Origin: Hypanus sabinus
Taxonomy: Eukaryota
Assembly: GCF_030144855.1 (NCBI RefSeq)
Contig: NW_026781301.1
Span: 1-64,000 of the forward strand
Length of the DNA stretch: 64,000 nucleotides
Direction of reading: 5' to 3'
Made by a program: the position numbers and the translations under genes. This document shows positions 10,949 to 20,039 of the stretch, in pieces; the stretch's first letter is position 1; each line of letters opens with the position of its first letter. Below the pieces are notes generated by a model. That model ran no database searches, was not told where the DNA came from, and saw only the letters and a program-made list of their open reading frames with translations.

Positions 10949-11244
10949 CCGCGAACTCGCAAACTATCCGGCAGTCTCCACCGGCTTTTTCCGGATATCT
11001 GGGGAATCCGATGGCGCTGTCCTGCAACGTGGAGGGCAGCAGCACTTATAACGTGTACTGGTACCGCCAGTACCCGGGGCAGGGGCCGCAGTTCATGTTC
11101 AAAAACAAGGGTGCTGTCATTAAGAAACCAGACGAGAAAGCCGATGGATTTACCCTGCTGACGTTTAAAAAGAACGAGTACAAACTGATGACCAATAGCC
11201 GGCAGGTGAATCACTCGGCCGTGTGTTTCTGCGCCTGGAGTCTA
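10949..11244 (+). CDS. TCR V segment (V6) V exon, TRBV-like (CAWS), inverted relative to the other V segments
   Basis: AG acceptor, then open frame ANSQTIRQSPP...ALSCNVEGSSTYNVYWYRQYPGQG...NHSAVCFCAWSL, followed by a perfect 23-RSS. Confidence 0.92.
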
Positions 11245-11283
11245 CACAGTGACGCGTCGAGAGGGGAGAGCTCGACAAAAACC
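11245..11283 (+). promoter_or_regulatory. Consensus RSS with 23-bp spacer (V6)
   Basis: CACAGTG + ACGCGTCGAGAGGGGAGAGCTCG (23 nt) + ACAAAAACC. Confidence 0.98.
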
Positions 11284-11780
11284 CCAGGCTGCCTGTAAAA
11301 GGCGTGACTGAGCAAGCACACTTGGCCGTGTGGTCGCGTCTTGTCTACCTTTGCATTTGACAGAGGAAACGCGGTGTAGACTGGAAGCTGAAGGGGATTT
11401 GTAACAACGGTGACAGAGCAGATGGCCAAGCTTCTGGCAAGATGCCAGCTCTTACATCAGCACTGTGACGTCATGCACCCCCAGCACTCTCCTACAAGCC
11501 CCGGACTGACAACGATTTACGTGAATATGATGTGAAGATGAAGCAGTGGAATTTCATTAAACAGACGCTCCTTTCATTCTTCCCTGACTCGACGCTTCCG
11601 TTACCTGCTCTTTTCCGGAAGAGACGCTCTTCCTGCTTTTCGGAAGTCCTGCAATTACTGGAACTATTATTGGTCAACCGGATTTATTTTTGTTTTTGCT
11701 TGTGATCGCATTTATAATAAAAATTACCCCTGCGGATTTCGCCGTCCATAGTTTGATGTCAGGATTATTTTAACTCACAG

Positions 11781-12086
11781 GGGACGTTACTGCGTCCGGT
11801 TACCATCGTCGCTGAGAAAGGAGAAACGCCCTCCCCTTCCTTGTCGAGGGCACTGAGCGTAAGGTGTAAGATGTTGTGCTGAACTGAAGGTGCATTGGAC
11901 CTGAATCGGAATATTGCACATAGCGTGGACAGGAAACTTGTGCGACAATAGAAAGAGAGGAGGAGATATTCATTGTTACGTTTCCTGGATAGGACGACAG
12001 CAGATCGATTGAAGATGGATCGGCTGTGTTTATTTTCACTGGAGCGGCTGACGACATACGGATTTATAAAATTGTAAAGGTCGAAG
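11781..12086 (+). pseudogene. Possible decayed V-set Ig-like exon
   Basis: About 306 nt between TCACAG| and |GTAAGT. Frameshifted motifs PVTIVAEKGET..LPC, VVLN(W>*) and ...RIYKIVKVE. Confidence 0.25.
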
Positions 12087-12748
12087 TAAGTACTTTATTT
12101 CCCCGAGAAAGTGGTTCCATAACTACAGCGGCCATATTTGAGTTCAGAGGAAAATCACTGATGGACAGGGACCGGAATTGGATGTCAAAGGCAAGTTGAT
12201 GAATGGGATGAGGAGCAGGGCTGTAAGTGGATGAGAGGAGAGAAGGGATAGAAGCAAGAAGAAAATAAGATGAAGGAAGCGCGAGATTGTGAATGAACAG
12301 ATCAGTGGCGTGTGGGGGAGAAGAGGCTCAAGAGTGGCGGGAGAGGGACATCGGGTACATCAGGTGACGCTGCTGTTCGAAAGAAGTTTCTTCGTTTTCC
12401 CACTCTGCTCCGCTTTCTTTCCGCAGTCCACTGAATTTATGGTTGGTAGGCTAATTGCCAGTTGAAAATGCGCCGTTATTACACGGGGATTAAATCTGAG
12501 GTGGGTGGGTGGAGCGTCACGAAGGACTGTATTTAAAAAGAAAGAAAGCAAGCAGTTAAGAAAATCAGGAAATAGACAAAGAAAGTAATCGATCAAAAAG
12601 CAGATAGATAGATAGATAGATAGACAAGCACAAAAATAAGCAGAACTATCTTCGAAACGTTAGTAAGCTGAACAGCCGTCAGCTCAGAAAACCACAGGCA
12701 GCCCAATTAAACCTGATGATGAATCAACTCCAGTGTATCATTGTGCAA

Positions 12749-12764
12749 CAGCGCCCCCTGCACC
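12749..12764 (-). promoter_or_regulatory. CTCF-like motif (GGTGCAGGGGGCGCTG) at the V/GPCR boundary
   Basis: Same AGGGGGCGCTGTTG core as 3538 and 8953. Confidence 0.45.
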
Positions 12765-13969
12765 CCTGCAGCTGCAACCCCAAAATTAGCGTTTGGCCAG
12801 AGAGGATCACGCTTACGTCCAAATAATCCACTGAACCCGCGTGATTTTGGATTATCCGGAGGAAGCCCAACAAGGTCACAAGGGGAACATACAAAAATCC
12901 GCATGAACGTGGGGATCTCGAGGCAGAATTAGGAAATCCGGGAGGATAAATGAAAAGTAATTGGCAATCAGAACTTCTTCCTAGGCTCATGTCTGTTTCA
13001 GTATGTCTTCAAGGTCATTGGTCTTAGTGCCTCCACCACCACCCCAGGAGGTGAACCCCATGCTCCCACTACTCTCTATGTAGAGGCCGTGCTCTGTGGA
13101 GTTACTTTGAAATTAATGCCCGAAGAACCTCCGTCACTTTGTGTCTGTCTCAGAGTAAATGGTTTTATGTGTGTCGTCTGAAAGATTACTAGTCTACTAA
13201 GCCACATGCATCCGAGTCAGTGAAGTCTATCACAAACCCCGGAAAAAAGAACAAAAAGTCACCGTCGAACATGAACTAAAGATGCGCGTCGGCGTTTCGG
13301 AGAGGTTCCGTACCAATCAGTATCTCAGGAGAAGTACTCCAGTGCAAGATGATATTCCTGACGGAGCAGTGGGTAAAAGCGCTGATGTACCCAGACCAAC
13401 TGAAGGTATTAATGCTGGAGCCCTACTTCTGAGAGCATCTCACATTTCGTCCCGAACTCAATAAATACATTGACATGCTTTGCTTTACCTCAGCAATCAC
13501 CTTCCCACCTACCCACTGTACTGAATCCAAATAGACAGATTGGACCATTGCTGCACAAAGTATCTAAGAATGTATTTTATTTACCATAAGGCATTGCGAT
13601 GACAGCTGCTGCTGGAACTGGACGAACGGCGATTGGGCGACCCACACAAAATGCTGTTGGAGCACAGCAGGCAAGACAGCATCTATGAGGAGAAGCGCTG
13701 TCACTGCCACTGGGCGGGTGGTTTGGCGAGTGCGAGTTACTGAATTATTCTCAAGGTTACAGACGGATTCCCAAGGAGCCCGGATCAAATGGATCCGGTC
13801 CACGGTACCCAGTGTTCCCGAACAGTTCAAAGGCTGGGGCTCTTGGAAACAAAAAATCTCGGTAGAATAAACAGAAGGAGCGATACCGGCCTTACCTGAG
13901 CAGGTGCTCGGGCCGCACGGAATACCGGCAGGGCACAAGGGTCGTATTGCGATTCTGATGTTAAAGTTT

Positions 13970-14320
13970 CTCATGCAGATAATGCTAGAATACGTACACA
14001 ACGCTGGAAGAACTGAACAGGTCAGACAGCATCCGTGAGAAAGGAGCAGCCAACTTTTCGGGCCGAGACCATTCATCAGGAATGGGAGGTGGGGAGAGAG
14101 GACCGAAGCCCAGTAATAGAGATAGTGGAGGGGTTAGTGGACGGTGGAAAACCAACCAGAGGAAAGATAAAGGCGGGAAGGGTGGGGATAAGCATGAAAG
14201 AACTGCGGAGACGATGAAGCAGAAATTTGAAAGTGGAGAGAGGCACAGAGGGACCTGGGATACGTGAAGGGGTCGGGGTAGAGAATTACCGGAAATTGGA
14301 GAATTCAGTGTTCATACCAC
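13970..14320 (+). mobile_element. Penelope-like repeat fragment
   Basis: ACAACGCTGGAAGAACTGAACAGGTCAGACAGCATC...TTTCGGGCCGAGACC...CATCAGGA. A related copy lies at 24075-24175. Family assignment is from recall of ray repeats. Confidence 0.4.
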
Positions 14321-14501
14321 CAGGCCAGGTCAACAAATCTTAGAGAAAGTCAACTGGAAGGAACACAGTGGTCAGATTCGGAACACGTCCCTGATTGTGT
14401 ATCTTGGGGAGGGCGGAAGCTAATCGGGTTTGTCCACAGCTCAGTGCAACTGCACATGACACTGACGAAAAAGGATATTTCGTGACGGTATGGGAGACGC
14501 G

Positions 14502-14935
14502 TCACCGAGGATTCATGCGGTCCTTACAAAGCCAAGTGAACTTTGTCATCAGACGGAAGGGAGATTTCACCGTCTTTAGACAACTCAGAAGAGTCACTGT
14601 CCCCAGAACCAGAGCCGCCGCTCTCCCGGTGTTGTACTTCCGTTTCAGCTTCGGAGAACAAATGGCGACAAATCGATCAAAGGTGAACGTGACGGTAAAC
14701 CAGACAGAACAGTCCGTGGCGGCGTAAAACACAACGGCGTGGATTTTGCACACGGCAACACGTTCCGACCAGAGGAAAACCTCGTCTGTAATGTATGTCA
14801 TCGGAAATTTGCTCAATACCAGATCGAAGAGAACGACCAGCTGATCCGCTGCTACCATGGCAACCAGGTACTTTGTGACGCCTTTGGAGAGACCGCACTT
14901 TCCCCGCGACAGGGTGACAATTGTCATCACGTTAA
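14502..14935 (-). pseudogene. GPR139-like GPCR copy 1, exon 2, with a 492-nt in-frame deletion (end of TM4 to TM7 lost)
   Basis: VNVMTIVTLSRGKCGLSK...FTFDRFVAIC...LSCLK joins directly to TVKSPFRLMTK. The equivalent of 30944-31435 in the intact paralog is missing. Confidence 0.88.
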
Positions 14936-15049
14936 CTGTGCGGAGGGAAGTAATGACCATTTAACACACCTTTGGATGGAAACATTCTCAATTTTCCATT
15001 CTTTACATCGTTAGCTCTTTGAAACAGAGATGGGGAGCAATTTCGAAAG

Positions 15050-15480
15050 AATGAGGCTGGTGAATGTGTGGACTTCATCGGCACGGACGCCTTTGGTGGC
15101 CAGTACATTGGGACGATTTGTAGCGGATATTAATTCGTCAGGGCCTCAATAGATACGGGAGAATACCCGCCTCCCCCACTGATGCCGGCAGCCGATTCCA
15201 CGCACCAATCACACTCTGTGTAAAATACCTTTCCGACACTCCTCTGTATTTAATTACAAATATTAATTTGTGTCCTCTCGTGCCAGCAGTTTCAGCCCTG
15301 GAAAAATGCCTCTGACTATCCACACGATTAATGCCTCTCGTCATCTGATACACCTATAATCCTAAGTCGCTCCAATGACAAAAACGTTGAGTTCAGTCAA
15401 CCTATTCTCATTCCCAATCCCGGCAACAAATACAAGAGACAAATACATCATCCCACTCAGAACGGCTTTATATGACCCCA
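15050..15480 (-). mobile_element. CR1 3' fragment in the intron of GPCR copy 1
   Basis: ORF 15138-15353 contains GINRVDSQRHF...TRGHKL...FTQSVIGAWNRLP. Confidence 0.8.
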
Positions 15481-15699
15481 CTCAGAAAACCATTATATCA
15501 TCCCACCGACCCGTGTTCAAACTGTGGGTATGCAACAGTATTCTGTAAGCAAACAATTTCTGTATCAACAAAGTTTGCGGAAGTGATACCGCTTTGAGAG
15601 AGCAACTATGCAATTGGCGTGTCGTTAGAGGAGTGTTTTGAAAGAGAAGCTGACTTATATTTTTCAACGTTAATCGAGAGGAAGAGACGAGGAGCTTAC

Positions 15700-15880
15700 C
15701 AGGAACAGCGACAATGGCGAGTAGAGGGTAGTAAATCACTCGGAAGGTCCAAAGAGCATACTCGATTTGAGAATCCAACGTCAACCCTTCATAATTTTCA
15801 AGAATATATTGAAACGCCCCGAAAATATTCTTCCCGATTCCCGCATCATTCTGTGATGCATTTTGCAGATTATGATCCAT
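15700..15880 (-). pseudogene. GPR139-like GPCR copy 1, exon 1
   Basis: 181 nt, MDHNLQNAS...VIYYPLLAIVAVP + G|GTAAGC, in frame with 14935. Confidence 0.88.
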
Positions 15881-16002
15881 TGCTGGGATAACCCAGATTC
15901 CCGTTCCCGATTCAGCCTCTGACCTCTCTCTATCTGGAGCTCGTTGCTCTCGGATAGCGCAGACTGGCTGCTCTCACTGAATCTGCCGTAGTGAGGGAGA
16001 CA

Positions 16003-16049
16003 TATTAATAGACCAGGAAACCAGCAGCCACACCTCCGCGGTGACGTCG
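16003..16049 (-). promoter_or_regulatory. GPCR promoter module: CRE-like TGACGTCG, 31 nt, TATTAATA
   Basis: Same spacing in four paralogs, 122 nt upstream of the ATG. Confidence 0.55.
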
Positions 16050-16559
16050 ACAATCCCCACGGACACTCTCTTCATTAAGTTCTACTGAATGACAGGTACA
16101 GTTAACCCTTTATTGGCAGATTTCAGAGAAGCAATGCAAATGCAGCTAGTAAGTGTATCTGATAATCCCAGCAGTCCGCTGTCCACGGGTGCGTGTCGTA
16201 TTTTTAAGAGGACACAAAACTGAGAATATAATTGAAATTCAGATGCCGGTAGCTGTAGGCAATCGTGAGTCACTGATAACGCGGCATGCGCGTTTGTAGC
16301 ATTGAAAGCTCAGAGCTCAAATCAGGCGATGTGTTGTGGGAGTATGGGGGAGGTCTAAAGCACTCTCTGGAGATGGGGGAATCATTTTTAAGGGGAGCAG
16401 CAGGAGGGTCTTTGGGCAAGACCGTCCAGGATATATTTGATCGCAATAAGAACTCTTAAGAGGAAGGGTGAACAGCCAGACGTCGTGGAGCATGAACGTA
16501 CCAATGAAACGGGTAGTACCAGGGACCTTCTCTTCTTTATATCTGCTCAGATGGGATAC

Positions 16560-18410
16560 CGGAGATGCCAGGCAGGATAGCTGAATGCTCTTTTGCGGGA
16601 TGCGGGAAGGCATTGAGACCTCCAGTGTCCCTGACAATTACAGCTGAGAGAGGTGCGGTCAGCTGCAGCATCTGAAAATCCGCGGTCAGGAGTTGGAGCT
16701 GGAAATGGACGAGCTCCAGATCATTTGGGAGGCTGAAGTACGGAGAGACAGGACATTTAGATAGGTAGTGAAACCCAAGGTGCAGGACACAGGAGACAGG
16801 ATGACAGTCAGGAAGGAGAAACGTCTGAACGAGTGTCAGTACTTCTAATTGAACCTTCTGTTTTTTTAATGTGTGTGTTCCTCCAAGCCGCCAGACTGTG
16901 GCTTTGTATTGCCACTTGCTCATGCTTGTTTTCATGCCCCATGTGCTTCTGTCCCCGATCCCACTATACCCCGGCCCCTGTATTACTGAGTACTCCGTCT
17001 CTCGTCTGTTTCACATTTTGATCTGTTTTGCTGCAACTTCTGTCTCATTGTGTTCCACCTATCATCTACCTCTCTGTTAATTTCTCAGTGTACATCAAGA
17101 TTGTGTTCCCACCCGTTGGATGCCAGATTGTGCCAGTGAATTTTCCTGAGCCTTTCCAGCATTCCTATTTCTGCTCTGTCTTTCTGGATATCGCCTCGGC
17201 CCTTTTCTGGGTTTGGGATTTCTCTGCCTGGTTTTGATCTCTGCCTGAACTCTGACGCCGGCTTTGTTTGCACGTCGGGATTTGTTACTCAATAAATATC
17301 ACAGTGTGCACAGTGCAGGGTCTGCGATTGGATCCCTGATCCAGCGCCCTCACAGAGTTCAGTCACAGTGCTTGGGTCTCTATCACTCAGTTTGCCACTG
17401 TGGCTAAGAAGGGAAGTGGGCGGTGTGTGTGTGGGGTACCGGCCGGCACTCTGTGGTGATAGGGTATTCGTTAGTTAGTGGTGCAGACAGGAGGTTCTGT
17501 CGGCAACAACCTCGTGGATATCTCGGTCCAGTCTGCAGCATTCTTAAGTGGGAGGGTGAACAGCTGGATGTCGTGGTCTCTGTAGGTGCCAATGACATGA
17601 GTGACGACGTTCCTAACAAGCATTTCAAGGTGTTAAGAGCACAGTTAAAGGGGAGGGCCGGCAGGTTTGTGATCTCTGGATTGCGAACCGTGCCACCTGC
17701 TTGTCAGGCCGGAACGAGGGATGGTTTACTGATTAATAGGTTGCTAAAGAGGGTTTTTTTTTATCCCTGTATTCTGCAGATGGATGCCGACATTGCATTT
17801 GTAATCCTCACCTTTCTGGATATTTTCCCGTTGGAAATCCTTCCATGGGGCTCAGCACGTCTGCTCCCTTCAATTTTCTCCCCGTTGTTAAATTAGTCCA
17901 TGTCTTTATTTCCTAAGCCCAAGAGTAAGATTGGGCACTTCGCTACATTATATTCCTTCTGCAAATTATTTGCCTAATATTCAAGTCTGTCCAATTCCAT
18001 CCGAAAGCACCCTGCTTCCTCAGCTCTACCTGCCCTTCCATCTACCTTCGCAGGATCTGTAAATCCTGTCACAAAACAGTTAACCCCTTCACCAAATCAT
18101 CGAAGCACAACGGGATAAGAAGCGCTCCCAACACCGAGTGTTGGGGAATTCCACTGATCACCGCCTTCCAATCAGAAAACAACCTCCGCAGTAATGTTTA
18201 TGGACATCTCCAGAGGGCCACATTATCAAACACCACCGGGATCGTCTGAAAGTTCCGAGCTGCTGTTCCTACTCTTACCGGTTGAACGCCAAATTGGGTG
18301 CGGTCTTTCATCGATTCTGTCATGGTTATAATTCTATTAACAACACATTGAACATCCCAGCAAGAAAATAGACCTGGTAATAAAAAGACCCTCGCCACGG
18401 AAAGCTCTCC
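16560..18410 (+). mobile_element. CR1 ORF1 (zinc-finger and esterase-like) remnants plus adjacent CR1 fragments
   Basis: ATGCCAGGCAGGATAG...TGCTC start, VVIG.SLV.GADRRFC and VVVSVGANDM motifs. Confidence 0.75.
16834..17354 (+). mobile_element. Solo-LTR-like insertion (521 bp) in CR1 ORF1
   Basis: TG...CA ends, AATAAA at about 17291, GAG on both flanks. It interrupts sequence that is continuous in the paralog at about 35990. Confidence 0.4.
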
Positions 18411-18999
18411 CTAAATCTAACATACCAATTCGATAGCAAGCAATCTTCGACAATAAAGCTGCCAATAATATTTTTCCCATCTTTCTTGCTTAGTAGGGTT
18501 TTTTATTCACGAAATTTTCATCTTTAAGGTAATTTCTTTTTGCCTATCTGAAGATGCTATTCGCATGTCTCGTTTTTTACAGGTGTTTTGCTTTTGCCTG
18601 ATTCATTTACCTGCAGAACGTACTGAAGCCCTTCTGCTAATCACATACAAGTTGGACGACTGAAGAGCATAGCCTAGTAGACTCCTGCCCCAGACTCCAC
18701 TCTATTCTTCTCACGAGAGAACACACTGCCACGATTTATCTCGACCACGTGATCTTCCCACTGTGCTGCATTCTCTCCCCGTGGTACATCAAATTCCAAT
18801 CTATCAACATGGTCATCGGTGAATTCCGAACTCTCCAGCTCTCTGTCAATCCGATCACTGATCATGCGGTCTCGTATAAGTCAAATTAATTTTATTATCA
18901 AACTGTTATGTTACTAAATGCTGCCTTGAGGTTACTTTTCTTACTGGCATCCAAAGCACAACCGAGAAGAGCAATTGAAACATTGTCGTACTGTGCGAC

Positions 19000-19560
19000 A
19001 ATGATACTATGCAAATAACAAATGTGCAATAGGTGGCAAACTGTGCAAACATAAAATATACGAATGAGGAACGAATGAATGGCTGGATAGATAGAGAGTT
19101 ACACTGATGGACAGACAAAAACTAACACTCAGAACATGAGTTGTAGAGTTCTCGAATGCGAGTCAATAGCTTGTGAAAGCATGTCAGAATTGAAGTTAAT
19201 TAGGTTATTCATGAGCCCGGAGGTTGTAGGGTAACAACTGTGTGCAAAGCTGTTGTGTGGGAAATGCTGCTCCCTTCCCTCCTTCCCGATGACCGCAGCG
19301 AGAAGAACGTATGTCCTGGATAGGGGAGGTCCTGGATAATCGATGCTGCATTTTTCAGGTTACGCTCTTTGAAGATGTGCTCAGTGGTGGGGAAGGCTTT
19401 TACTGTGATGGACTGGGCCCGAGGATTTTCTGTTCCTGTACACAGGTTTACCGGTGACAGGGCGTGACGTAATCAATCGTCGACCTTCTTGACAGTGCAT
19501 GGATAGAGGTTTGAGAATGTTTTACAGGCCATGAAAAGGTGTTGTCAGACAGTAAATGTG
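19000..19560 (-). mobile_element. Rex1/L2-like LINE 3' fragment
   Basis: Similar to 50330-50900. Confidence 0.5.
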
Positions 19561-20039
19561 TTGTCTTTCCTTCTTCCTAATGACTTCTGCGATTGACCCA
19601 GAACGGATCCTCTGATACGGTAACAGGAATTTACATTTACCGCCCCTTGCCACCTCTGATACCCTAACGAAGATCGGCTGATGGATCTTCGGTTCTGCTG
19701 GCTTCGAGAGAGAGGATGTTGTGAGGATCTATTCAGTGAGATTTCAATCTACCCCCGGTATGTATGCCGATTCGACACCGATTTTGATCTGGTTCCCAGC
19801 TAAATGAATTACACATCTTGGTCTATCTGCGACATCGCTGTGAGGAACGGCCAGTAAAATCTCGGATAGTCTAACTTATGCTTTTGCACATTGCATGGCC
19901 ATTCCAGCAGATTGCTGTAGGCTACGTCAATATTCAGAGGAATCCACTTGTACACAAACCCACACCACTCCCTTACAACACCCACTCCTTCCAAAACAGT
20001 TCAAATGGCATTTTTATTGGGCCCAGTGGAGGATCACGA

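Noticed and set aside
4485-11244. IgNAR or NAR-TCR V identity
   Set aside because: The segments have full-length FR2/CDR2 regions and TCR-like motifs rather than the shortened VNAR architecture.
17300-17370. Cluster of three CACAGTG heptamers
   Set aside because: They lie at the end of an LTR-like repeat with no nonamers, so chance or repeat-derived.
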